Shown in pieces: positions 1-12,136 of a stretch of DNA of 64,000 nt; within the stretch, counting starts at the first letter, position 1, and the number at the start of each line of letters is the position of its first letter. The translations under genes and the position numbers were made by a program. A model generated the notes under the pieces. It was given only the letters and a program-made list of their open reading frames with translations, had not been told where the DNA came from and did not search any database. Origin of the DNA: Octopus sinensis. Lineage: Eukaryota. The DNA lies in NCBI RefSeq assembly GCF_006345805.1, contig NC_043011.1, forward strand, positions 41,986,464 through 42,050,463, written 5' to 3'.

Positions 1-562
1 GAGGCAATGAGTAGTGACCGAGACTTTTGGAAATATGCTGTGCTTGAGAAGACCCAGCAAGCCAAATGAGACCATAACGTCGTGACTTATGCCAGGGGTG
101 TAACCAGCCCATTTATGTGTATCTTTCCTTCATTTGACACTAAACTCTGCTTGCGAAGACCTGTTGAGGCAAGTGAAATTGAAATCAAATTCGATGACTG
201 GCATTCATGCTAATGGGGTGCTAAGAGCACCATCCAAGCATGATCATTGCCAGAGCAGCTAACTGGCTTCGAATGTAAAAGGCACCATTCAAGCGTGAGT
301 GTTACCAGTGTCGCCTTACTGGCACCTGTGCCTGTGGTATGTGAAAAAAACATCCGAGCATGGTCATTGCCAGTACCGCATGAATGGCACGTAAAAGCAC
401 CCACTACACTCTCGGAGTGATTGGTGTCAGGAAGGGCATCCAGTTGTAGAAATTCTGCCAGATCAAGATTGGAGCCTGGTGCAGCCATCTGGTTTGCCAG
501 TCCTCAGTCAAATCATCCAACCCGTGCTAGCATGGAAAGCAGACATTAAACGATGATGATAA
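1..562 (+). mobile_element. RTE-clade LINE 3' end (ORF C-terminus, 3'UTR and (ATG)n tail)
   Basis: Translates as EAMSSDRDFWKYAVLEKT. Contains GGAAGGGCATCCAG and ends AAACGATGATGAT, as do many other copies in the window. Confidence 0.85.
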
Positions 563-611
563 TGATATTAAATTAATAATTAATATAGTTGTATATATTA
601 TTATTTATTTA

Positions 612-643
<32 letters not shown>

Positions 644-1399
644 ATATCAGCAGCAGCAGCCCTTTTTCAATGCTAACATGGGTTCGACTGTTTGGGAGAA
701 ACCAATAACTCTGAGAGCTATGTTTGCTTCCAATTTCCTGCTTTAGCATGGTTTCTATGGCTGGATGTCCTTCCTAATGCCAACCACTTTACAGAGTGTA
801 CGGGATGCTTCTCTTGTGGCACCAGCACTAGTGAAGTCACCAAGTCACTTGCAAGACAAGACCCCTCAACTGGGTGAGTTTAATATTGAAGAATATGAAG
901 GTATAATAATGGAACAGGAACTGAGGTCTTGCTGAAGAGGTGTGAATACATGGCTTCCCCAGTTGGAAAGAGACATAGAGAGCTGGTAAGAGAGAACTGC
1001 AAAGGTACAAAATACAAATACAAAAAGGAGAGAGAGAGAATAAGGATAGAAGAACAGAAAAGGTGGGTGGGTAGGTAAGTGTGTTAGTTTAGGAGATGAT
1101 TAGAAATGAGGACTGAGGAGAAGGCAGTTTCTGGGATAGGAAGTGAAAGACAAATAGGATTTGGTCACAGAGCAGTGGTGGTGGTGGTGGTGGTAGTGAT
1201 GATGATGCTGGTGGTGGTGATTTTTATGTTTTCCTAATCCCATTTTAATTATCAAATTAAAGGCAACAAAATTACTGGACACCGTTATATTGAGATTTTT
1301 TTCACCAATTAGCAGACTATCAACTGTGTTGGCCACACTTTTCTTTTCTCAAATTCATTCCAACTCAGTGATTTTACCGGGGCAAGCAGTTGTTGAACT

Positions 1400-1745
1400 T
1401 TGCTTCTTGGCCATATGCTTCTAGGTTCAGTCCCACTACATGGCACCTTGGGCAAGTGTCTTCTACTATAGCCACAGGTCAACCAAAGCCTTGTGAATGG
1501 ATTTGGTAGACAGAAACTGAAAGAAGCTTGTCGTATATATGTGAGTGTGTGTGTATGTTTGTTCCCCATTACCACATACAGGTGTTGGTGTGTTTACATT
1601 CCCATAACTTAGCAGTTCAGCAAAAGAGACCAATAGAATAAGTACCAGGCTGTAAAATGTAAGTACTGGGATTGATTCATTCCACTAAAATTCTTCAAGG
1701 CAGTGCCCCAGCATGGCCACAGTCTAATGCCTGAAACAAGTAAAA
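1400..1745 (+). mobile_element. tRNA-derived SINE (family with CCTTGGGCAAGTGTCTTCT core)
   Basis: Matches the full-length copy at 17446-17851. Confidence 0.8.
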
Positions 1746-1760
1746 CCCTGATTGTATATA

Positions 1761-2549
1761 CAAAGTGTTCAAGCGAAATTTGGCAATTTTTGTGTCTCTT
1801 GTTTTTCAGGAAAAGTTTCATATATTGGTGAACAGTCAATGATGTTGGAGAGCATAAGGATTAAAGTTTTAGTTGAGAAAAAGTTAGCTGACATGGAGGA
1901 CTGGAAGCCACCTGAGTATTGGTGATTATTCTTGCCAGGCATCAAAATGCTGTTGCCATGACTACTGCTCAATGCTCTGTGGACATTGTAAAGGCAGAAA
2001 GATATGACATGGACATCATGAAAACCAAGTTTCCCCAGATTGTGATAATTTTGGGGTGTGTCTCTAGTGAAGGTATGTCATGCCACCCCATATCTTTGAA
2101 CATAGTACAGCTACTAGAGACTGCAGTCAGACCCTAGCTGGATAGTTTTTGCTGGATGGTTATATGTGTGGATACAGGACTTGGCACTTTGCTATACCTA
2201 TAGAAAGAGTCAGAAGAGGGTGTCAGAGAATTTCTATGATTTCAGCTGTCGCCTAATTTCTGGCCTTGTAATTCCCTTGGTTATAATTCCATGGGGAAAA
2301 CACCAACTGTTCACCAAGACTGAGCTGGTGGTCAAGATCATGGAGAGATTCAAAGATCTTCCCAAGACCCAAGTGAAAAATGCATGCACCAGGGCCATCT
2401 TGAAGCCATGAGGAAAACTAAGGATGGTTATTTTGAATAAACTGTTATCTCCCAGCCATATTCTAAAATTTTTTCTTATACTTTTATTTTCAGATGATGT
2501 GTTTTCTTTTCCTTTTCTGCAAATTAACAAATTTAGCCCAAATACCCTT
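1761..2549 (+). mobile_element. Degenerate, internally deleted Tc1/mariner element resembling the maT (DD37D) group
   Basis: Fossil translation KTKFPQIVIILGCVSSEG...LLETAVRP...YVWIQD...CNPL...ELVVKIMERFKDLP...GYFE*. Imperfect TIRs (CAAAGTGTTCAAGCGAAATTTG / CAAATTTAGCCCAAATACCCTT) flanked by TA. Confidence 0.65.
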
Positions 2550-3639
2550 TAGAAGAATATATATACCCGAGGATATTTCCTGCCACCCCAAATTAACATC
2601 CTCGTGGTATCTCAACCTGCTAGAAATAGTGACCAAATGCCCTAAAAATCACACGCTGTTGTTTTAGAAGAGGACATGTTAGATAAGACAGGCTTGAGTT
2701 TCAAACACATTAGGGAAAAAGCTGGATGGTTGCGACTGGAATGTCTTTGATCATTGGTCTGCTTGGTTGGAGCTGACCTGGGGCTAAATAACAACATCTT
2801 CCATCCTGATAACAGTTTCCACTCTGCAACCGATACACAAACCACTTACCCACTTTCTGCCCCCCCCTTTCATCATCAACAACAGCAGCAGCAGTATCAT
2901 CATCATAATCACCATCATCACCACAATCATCAACATCATCATCACCATCATCACAATCATCGTATCCTGCATGTGTGTAAGATAACCAGTAATCAAGGTT
3001 GTAACCTCGTAAATCACAAGATAAAAATTAACCAAATTCTTTCTTTTATGCTGTTTTTGCTCCAACTCATTCATGTGGGATGGGAGGAGGGAAGAGGGTT
3101 AGGATACTTGCAGGTTCCTGGTTATCTCTGCACCTCCTTCTATGTTAGGTTAAAGAGAAAAAAAAAGGCTCTTGTGTTATTTTTATTTATTTTACATTCT
3201 ATTCAATAGTTCCTGAAAAATAGCACTATTAGTTACAGCTTTCCCACAAGCCAATCACTGGTTGGCTGTATTTCTAACAGCAACTGACAAGGGAGTGCCT
3301 GCATATTTGTGCAGAACAAATATCACAAAGTCTTTTGACCAGCTCCAGGTTTTTTGTTATCATATTTCTGTTGTGTTGTTTTGTTTGTTAGTTTCTCTGT
3401 GGTGTCTACATTCGTCACCAACATACATTTGCAAAAGGGGCACATGCAAATGTATGTCATCATCATCATCATCATCATTTTAATACCTACTTTTGCTTGT
3501 CTGCATGGGTCAAACAAGATCTTTTGAGGCATATTTTCAATGACTGGACGCTCTTCCTGTCACGCACTCCCACCTGTTTCCAAAGAAAACAATGTTTCTC
3601 CGTGGCTGGTCATGTTTTCATGGAAGACTGGAAGACAGG

Positions 3640-4890
3640 GGGATATTTAGAAGTAATAGATAGCTTCTGTTACCTAGGCGACCAAGTCAGCAGTGGAGAA
3701 GGATGCTTGAAAGCATAGCTGCTAGAATAAGAATAGGCTGGGAAAAGTTCAGAGAGATTCTACCTTTGTTGGTAACAAAGGGCCTCTCACTCAGAGTGAA
3801 AGGCAGATGGTATGATACCTGTGTGCAGACAGTCATGCTACATGGCAGTGGAACACGAGCTGTGACTGCAGAGGACATGTAAAGGCTTGAAAAAAATGTC
3901 ACAAATGTCCGTTGGATGTTACTAGGCGACCAAGTCAGCAGTGGAGAAGGATGCTTGAAAGCATAGCTGCTAGAATAAGAATAGGCTGGGAAAAGTTCAG
4001 AGAGATTCTACCTTTGTTGGTAACAAAGGGCCTCTCACTCAGAGTGAAAGGCAGATGGTATGATACCTGTGTGCAGACAGTCATGCTACATGGCAGTGGA
4101 ACACGAGCTGTGACTGCAGAGGACATGTAAAGGCTTGAAAAAAATGTCACAAGCATGTTCCGTTGGATGTGCAATGTCAGTGTGCATGTATGACAGAAGG
4201 GTGTTGAGCTGGTAGAATCGTTAGCACGCCGGGCGAAATGCGTAGCTGTATTTCATCTGCCGTTACGTTCTGAGTTCAAATTCCACCGAGGTTGACTTTG
4301 CCTTTCATCCTTTCGGGGTCGATAAATTAAGTACCAGTAACACACTGGGGTCGACGTAATCGACTTAATCCGTTTGTCTGTCCTTGTTTGTCCTCTCTGT
4401 GTTTAGCCCATTGTGGGTAGTAAAGAAATAAGAATATAAGTGTTTTTAGAGAAAAAATGGGTTTAAGAGGCATCAGATGTAGTGTGCAAGAGAGAAGTCT
4501 GCATTGGTCATGTGATGCGTATGGACAAGGACAGCTGTGTGAAGAAGTACCAATCTCTAACTGTGGAGGGATCCTATGGAAGAGGGAGACATAGGATGAA
4601 CTAGTAGAATATATGATCTTTGAATGTTGAATTTCATGGAGGTGATGACAAGTTACTGAGACTTTTGGCAATACAAAAAAGGCATCTGTGCCAGTGACAC
4701 ATAAAAGGCAGCTGTGCCGGTGATGCATAAAAGATACCCACTACACGCTATGGCATGGTTGATGTTTGAAAGGGCATCCAGCTGTAGAAACCAAGACAAA
4801 ATCAAACTGGAGCCTAGTGCATCCCTTCAGCTTACCAGTTCCCATCAAACTGTCTAATCCATACCAGCACGGAAAATGGACATTAAATGA
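3640..4890 (+). mobile_element. RTE LINE 3' fragment with a 248-bp internal tandem duplication and a nested SINE
   Basis: LEVIDSFCYLGDQVSSG...RIRIGWEKFREILPLL (RT C-terminal region) with stop codons. Tail at about 4880. Confidence 0.9.
4198..4436 (+). mobile_element. tRNA-headed SINE with a Meta-like central domain (GTTGACTTTGCCTTTCATCCTTTCGGGGTCGATAAA), inserted in the RTE fragment
   Basis: A/B-box-like head (GAGCTGGTAGAATCG / GAGTTCAAATTCC). RTE homology resumes on both sides. Confidence 0.85.
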
Positions 4891-6561
4891 TGATGGTGAT
4901 GGCACATATATGATGAGCTTCTCTCAGTTTCTATCTATTGACAGGGCTCAAGGCTTAAGTAAAAGACACTTGCCCGTAGTGCCATGCAGTGAAAATCAAC
5001 CTGAAAATTTGTGGTTGGGAAGCTAACTTCTTATCGCACAACTATACATACATGATTGTCAAACAAGTTAGATAATGTAGTCCTAGATACACTATGTCTG
5101 AATAATAAACAGGATGGTCACTGTTGGAATGCCTTTGGTTAGAGTATTGATCATAGTACTGCTCATCTGGTTCCATCTGGTGTTAAACAACAACAAAGAA
5201 TGAGCTAAGAGTGAGAAAGAGATTCTGAGATATGACAGGATAGTCATGACTGAGTTGTCTGTGATCAATCAGATCCACTTGATGAATACTGACCTTGGGT
5301 TAAAAAACGACAACACTGCACAAATGATTCCATGATTCCTCATGCTTGAATTGAGGAAGGAACCTTTATGTGGTCACTTGACTATTGAATCAAATCAAAT
5401 CCTATCATCTTACATAAAGCTATATTGACAAACGAATGAGCACTGACCTAGGGTTAAACAACATTATGCCCACAATTATGAATGACTGAAACAAAAAACC
5501 TTTATGTGGTCATTCGACTTGCTAGAAATAGCAGTTAAATTTCCATTAAAACAGATACATTGACTAATTTAGTCCTGGGCACCTTGCATGTAGGAAGAAG
5601 ACAGGATGGTCATGACTGGGATGTCTTTGATCATAGGTTTACTTCATCAGAGCTGACTCAGTTACCAATGATACCACCACAAGAAGAATAAGATCTGTTT
5701 TGGTTTATCTGAAGAAAATAAGTCACAGAGATTCTTAATTTCTTTCCTTATCTCCATTCTCTGCCCACCTAACATTAATTTTACCATATTCTAAACTAAA
5801 GATTAAGTTGACATTTTACTTCTGTCTGACTTGGAGGTGGGTGGCACCATTCTGTAATTCCACCTCTAATGTTAGACACCTTGACATCTCTTCCTCTTCA
5901 CAGAATAAAATTCATTCCACTGTTTCAACTATTTCTATAATTGTCTACAGACACAAAACATGAATTAATTTCCTCAGATTCTACTATTTTGGTTAAACTT
6001 TTCAATTACAGTCACAGGCATGGCTGTATGATTAAGAAGCTCCCTAATCATGTGGTCTTGGGTTCAATCCCATTGCATGACATCTTTGGTGAATTCAATT
6101 ATAGCCCTGAGCCAACCAAAGCCTTATGAGCAGATTTGGCAGGTGGAAAGTGAAAACCACTTGGTTTGGCCTCATACAACCCAAAGTTTGAAGTTTTGAC
6201 TCCATGCAACCTAAAGTTTTGAAGGCTTCTTACAGAAACCTGACTCGTTGCCTTGAGTCCCTCTTTCTTTCATTTTCCCCAGAAGTTGTAGAAGAAGGAG
6301 ACTCAGGTAGACACAGGACAAAGTATTTAAGGCTGATCTCAAAATGCTGAGATTTACGAAGGAGATGACTAAGGACCGAGATATATGGCACATTATTGTA
6401 CTCAAGAAGACCCATCCTCCAAAACATTTACTGGTTTTTTTAATACTTATTTCTTTTCATAATGTTGTCCTGTCTTCTCATCCAACACATCTAATATTTG
6501 TTCATCCATCTGTTTTAAGTCTGTTTTTCTATGCTAGCATAGATTAGAGGCTTATAATACT

Positions 6562-6790
6562 TATTTCTTTATTACCCACAAGGGGCTAAACATAGAGGGG
6601 ACAAACATGGACAGACATAGGTATTAAGTCGATTATATCGACCCCAGTGCATAACTGGTACTTAATTTATTGACCCCGAAAGGTGAAAGGCAAAGTCGAC
6701 CTCGGCGGAATTTGAACTCACAACGTAACGGCAGCCGAAATACCGCTAAGCGTTTCGCCCGACGTGCTAATGATTCTGCCAGCTCGCCAC
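6562..6790 (-). mobile_element. Same SINE family, with an 11-bp TSD
   Basis: TSD CTTATAATACT at 6551-6561 and 6791-6801. Further copies at about 19825-20120, 30215-30350, 32165-32390, 41680-42085 and 59597-59740. Confidence 0.9.
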
Positions 6791-7384
6791 CTTATAATAC
6801 TGAAGCACTGTTTTACAGCTGGATACTCTTCCTGCTGCTAACACTTACCTTTCTTTTTGAGTAGGAAGTATCTTACTTCACATATTTTTGAAGGTGTAAA
6901 GCCAGCAGATGATCTGTTGATAGATGTGATGGCAATAACACTGCTCATAGCAAGCAACATTTATAGAGCACAGATATAAACAAGTACACACACACACACA
7001 CATAAATAGAAGTATATCATTCTAATGTGCATGTTTCTATGCTCTCGTGGGTTGGGTGAAATCTGTCAAGGTAGATTTTCTACAGTTGAGTGTCCTTCTT
7101 GTCACCAACCTTTACTTGTTCCCAAGAAAGATAATATTTCTTGATGGCCAGACATGTTTTCATGGAAGATTGGAAATGAAGGATACTGCTTGTATGAAAT
7201 GGTGATACTCATTTACAACAACTGTGTGATGTTCAGATAAAGTCTCAAATCGCCTAAACAGTTATGTGAGATGTCAGACAGTAGGATTGAACCTAAAACC
7301 ACATAGGTGAGAAGCAAATTATGAATAACTGCATCAATGCAATGTAACAGCTGCCATGGCCCAATGACCTGCACAAACCCCTTT

Positions 7385-7580
7385 TGGCCAGTGATTACAG
7401 GTGGCACGTAAAAAACACCCAGTACACTCGCGGAGTGGTTGGCGTTAGGAAGGGCATCCAGCCGTAGAAACACTGCCAGATCTGACTGGGCCTGACAAAG
7501 CCTTCCAGCTTCATGGACCCCAGTTGACCCGTCCAACCCATGCTAGCATGGAAAGCGGACGCTAAATGATGATGATGATT
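7385..7580 (+). mobile_element. RTE 3'UTR copy with a single hairpin unit and (ATG)n tail
   Basis: Near-identical to the 3'UTR copies at 62231-62540 and 10358-10530. Confidence 0.85.
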
Positions 7581-8135
7581 ACCTTGCTGCGATACGAAGT
7601 GCCATGAAGTTTGACAACACTACCAAAACTACTCATACCAACCACTTTGGTCTTTCTTCTTTCTAAAAATCTTTACCCAACCCCAACACCAACATCCAGC
7701 TATTTAGGCTACAATTCTATCAGTTTTGGGTTTAAGATCATGAATGCAAACTCCTTTAAACCCCACCAACACCACCACATCCAACAAAAACCGATAAAAA
7801 AACAATCAAGCAACTGGGGGGAGGGGTTACAATAAATCAAGATGAAAACAGAAAATTGTTTCTGCGTTTGAAGACATTTAAAATGATAAGTTTTCTTATC
7901 AATATTTTGAATGGTATTAGTAGGAACCAAAACAGAAACAAATCTATGCAGGGTCCCATGGGACTTACAGCATTACCCCCTACCCTAGTTTTTGTTTCAC
8001 AGGGTTTAGTGAATTAATACATAAATCTACCAACACACACATCGGGATTAGAACACTATTTCCATTTCAGGGTATCTGTCTTTTGACAGGAACAATTAAA
8101 TGAGGTGTGTAAAATTATGTGTCCTTATTTTCTGA

Positions 8136-8166
<31 letters not shown>

Positions 8167-8664
8167 ATTGCATTCTCAGTTGGAATTGGTTCAAAGTGAA
8201 CTACTTTCATATCTTGTACTCAATACATGGTATGAATATAGAGTTTTCTATTTTTTTATTTAAAAATTGACATAATTATTTCGACCCCAGTTTATTATCA
8301 AGTTCAACATTGAAGTAATCTTTAAATCATCATCATCACTGTCATCATTTAATGTTCCTGGCTGCCACAGGTTGGACACTTCAACAAAAACTGAGGAACC
8401 TGAAGACTGCATTGAGCTTCAATGTCTGCTTTCGCACAGTTTCTATGGTTGGAGAGAATGTACCAAGTGCCTTTTTATTCATGGCACCAGTACTAGCGAG
8501 CTTACCACATACCTCAAAAGACACGACCCCCACCTCAGCTAAATGAGCTGATAGTATTGAGGGAGATGGCTTTATATCAGGGTGTTGAGAAGTTAAAGTC
8601 TTTGTCCCAGCCACCATATGCCAGCATGGAAAATGGACATTAAATGATGATGATGATGATGATA

Positions 8665-9915
8665 TATTGGGTTGGCAACTAAGTTCCCACCATTTTTTCA
8701 AATTTTGGTATTTATTGCATTTTTAAATTTTGGAATCTATATTTTTTGAGAATTCTATTTTTGAATCATTTTGGAATCTATTTTTTTTTCTAGTTAATTT
8801 TAGTTAATTTTTGCTTATTTTCAGATCATTAAAATGGAATGTCAAGTTAAGAAAAACAAGCATTTTCGACACCTTTTTGCTTTTAATCAAGGTACTAAGG
8901 CCACAAAAGCTTCTCGTGATATTTGTGCTGTGTGTGGAGAGGGTGCCATTAGCTGAAAGAACCACTCGCGATTGGTATGCCAAGTTCGAGAATGGAAATT
9001 TTGACCTCAAAGACGCACCTCATTCTGGTCATCCAGTTGAGTTTGATGAAAAGCGATTAAACCAACTTTTGCATGAAAATTTTCATCAAACGACAAGGGA
9101 ACTGGCAGAGAAAATGGAATGCTCCCACACTGCTATAGAGAAGCATCTTTACTCAATGGGAAAGATTCAGAAGTATGGAGCATGGGTTCTTCATGTTTTA
9201 AGTGACAACAACAAAAATCAACAAGCCACAATCTCCGCTGGTTTGCTTGCTCGTCACTGCTCAATTCATGGACACAATCAATGATTTCTTTACCGAATCG
9301 TTACTGGTGACGAAAAATGGTGCCTGTACATCAATATGAAGCAGCGTAAGGAATGGCTTAGCCCCAGTAAACAAGCAACACCACACGTGAAACAAGATCT
9401 TCATCCGCGTAAAACAATGTTATGCATATGGTGGGAGTGGGAAGGGATTATCCATTACGAATTGCTTAAATGGAACCAAACGGTCTATGTTCAACAGAAG
9501 GAATGACTCAACACGGCTATTCAAGAGAAAATACCTAATCGGCAGTATGGAATTCTGCTGCACGACAACACCCGCCTTCATATCACCAATATGACCAAGG
9601 AAGCCATTCAAATGCATGGCTGGGAAGTGCTGCCACACCCACCAGACTCCCCTGATTTGGCACCAATGGATTTCCACCTCTTTCAATCTCTTTCAAATGT
9701 TATGCATGGAGTTTCGTTCAATATTGATGCAGAATTGAGAGCTTGGTTGGATCAATTTTTTGAGTCGAAATTGGGTGATTTCTTACCAAGGAGGTATTGA
9801 AAATCTTGTTGAACATTAGGAAGAAATTGTAAACAACAAGGGTGAATACATTATTGATTAATCAGTTATTTTTTATTAAACCTTTTAAAAAATGGCTGGA
9901 ACTTAATTGCCAACC

Positions 9916-9920
<5 letters not shown>
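8665..9920 (+). mobile_element. Full-length mariner (DD34D) transposon with an inactivated transposase
   Basis: About 1.26 kb. TIRs TATTGGGTTGGCAACTAAGTTCCCACCATTTTTT / revcomp TACAGGGTTGGCAATTAAGTTCCAGCCATTTTTT, with TA flanks. ATG at 8833 (MECQVKKNKHFRHL); motifs WVLHVL, VTGDEKW, LLHDN, SPDLAPMD. In-frame stop at 9282-9284 and frameshifts. Confidence 0.95.
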
Positions 9921-9954
<34 letters not shown>

Positions 9955-10357
9955 GAGAGAGAGAGTTCGTAATTCTATTATATGTAGGATCAACAAAAAA
10001 GTACTCCATCCAGTGAGACATAAATATCAGGTATTATACACAATTACAAAAGAGCTAATAATAGTTTCATGCTTTAAGATACAATAAATTGGCAGATTTC
10101 TATAACATGTCATGTATCGCCAAGCAATTTTTCAGGGTCAGTTCACAATGTTAGGTGCATTTAAAAAACCAGGACATTGATCTATGAGAAAAAATGAGGA
10201 AAAAGCAAAAAAAAAATGCATAGAAAGTTGATGCAAAAAGTGGAACGAGAAGAAAGAAAAGAAAATGTACAAATTTGATATATCTTAAAGCATGAAACTA
10301 TTGGTAGCTCTTTTGTAATTGTGTAATATTAAATGATAAATATATATATCTATCTAT

Positions 10358-11398
10358 CATCATCATCATCATCATCATCGTTTAGCGTCCGCTTTCCATG
10401 CTAGCATGGGTTGGACGGTTCAACTGGGGTCCGGGAAGCCAGAAGGCTGCACTAGGCCCAGTTTGATCTGGCAATGTCTCTACGGCTGGATGCCCTTCCT
10501 AACGCCAACCACTCCATGAGTGTAGTGGGTGCTTTTTACGTGCCACCGGCACAGATGCCAGACGAGTCTGGCAAAAGGCCACGAACGGATGGTGCTTTTT
10601 ATGTGCCACTGGCATGGGGGCCAGGCTAGGCTGGCATCGGCTATGAATGGATGGTGCTTTTTACGTGCCGCCGGCACGGGGGCCAGGCGAGGCTGGCAAC
10701 GGCCACGATCGGATGGTGCTTTTTACGTGCCACCGGTACGAGACCAGTCGGGGCGGCACTGGCAACGGTCACGAATGGATGGTGCTTTTTACGTGCCACC
10801 AGCACGAGGCCAGTCAGGGCAGTGCTGGCAACGTCCACATTCGGATGGTTCTCTTACGTGCCACTGGCACTGGTAACTCAGCTGCAATTTCCATTGATCG
10901 ATTTCAATTCTGATTCTCACTTGCCTCAACAGGTCTTCACAAGTAGAGTTTTGTGTCCCAAGAAGGGAAGGTATGCATAAATGGGCTGGCTACATCCCAT
11001 GTAGAAGGCCACGGGCTATGGTCTCACTTGTCCTGCCAGGTCTTCTCACGCACAGCATACTTCCAGAGGTCTCGGTCTCTAGTCATTTCCTCAGTGAGAC
11101 CTAAAGTTCGAAGGGCGTGCTTCACCACCTCGTCCCAGGTTTTCCTGAGTCTGCCTCTTCCACAGGTTCCCTCAACCGCTAGAGTGTGGCACTTTTTCAC
11201 ACAACTATCTTCATCCATTCTCACCACATGTCCATACCAGTGCAAACATCTCTCTTGCACACCACATCTGATGCTTCTTAGGTCCAGCTTTTCTCTCAAG
11301 GTACTTACACTCAGTCGAGTATGAATACTGACATTACACATCCATCGGAGCATACTGGCTTCATTTCTTGCAAGCTTACGCATATCCTCAGCAGGATA
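10358..11398 (-). mobile_element. 5'-truncated RTE LINE (ORF C-terminus and 3'UTR with 6 hairpin units)
   Basis: ORF track 11024-11593: AEDMRKLARNEASMLRWMCNV...WYGHVVRMDEDSCVKKC...RDRDLWKYAV. (CAT)n tail at about 10358. Confidence 0.92.
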
Positions 11399-11406
11399 TA
11401 TATATA

Positions 11407-11755
11407 AGCACCATTTGAGCATGATCATTACCAGCGTCGCCTTACTGGCATGTGAACAAAACATTCGAGCGAGGTCGTTGCTAGTGCCGTTGCACTGACT
11501 CCTGTGCAGGTGGCACGTAAAAAGCGCCATTTCGAGCATGGCCATTGCCAGTACTGCCAGACTGGCCCTCATGCTGGTGGCACATAAAAGCACCTACTAC
11601 ACTCTTGGAGTGGTTGGCATTAGGAAGGGCATCCAGCTGTAGAAACTCTGCCAGATCAGATTGGAGCCTGGCGCAGACATCTGGTTCACCATTCCTCAGT
11701 CAAATCGTCCAACCCATGCTAGCATGGAAAGCGGACGTTAAATGATGATGATGAT
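11407..11755 (+). mobile_element. RTE 3'UTR copy, head-to-head with the previous element
   Basis: Begins after (TA)n and ends AAATGATGATGATGA followed by (TA)n. Confidence 0.88.
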
Positions 11756-12130
11756 ATATATATATATATATATATATTTGTTTGTTTTATGCTTGTTATT
11801 TCATATTAGCATAGGTAAGACATGTATCATTGGAGCATTATTTTACAGCCAGATGCTCTTCCTGTTGCTAACCCTTACCTCTTTTTTCTTACTTTGAGTA
11901 ATAAATCTCTATTTCACATGCTCTTCAAAGCCAGCTGCCAATTTGTTTACAGCCTTTATAGCATGCAAATGCACACACACAAGTGCACACTTTGACACCA
12001 CAGATCTCCTTCTTCTTGTGGTGCATACACCACACATACTTTTAGATAAAAAAGACATTAAATACCTGAGATACTGGTCACAGTATTAACAAAAAAGAAG
12101 AAATTCTTTCAACAACAACACATAAATAAA

Positions 12131-12136
12131 TTTAAT
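12131..12136 (-). terminator. Candidate polyadenylation signal (ATTAAA) of the integrin transcript
   Basis: Minus-strand ATTAAA about 640 nt past the stop, followed by TTTATTTATGTGTTGTTG (U/GU-rich). Not confirmable without RNA data. Confidence 0.3.

Noticed and set aside
10528-10905. CRISPR-like look: a constant palindromic repeat of about 29 bp separated by 33-37-bp variable segments
   Set aside because: The apparent spacers are homologous to each other, the array is embedded in an RTE 3'UTR in a eukaryotic genome, and no cas genes are present.
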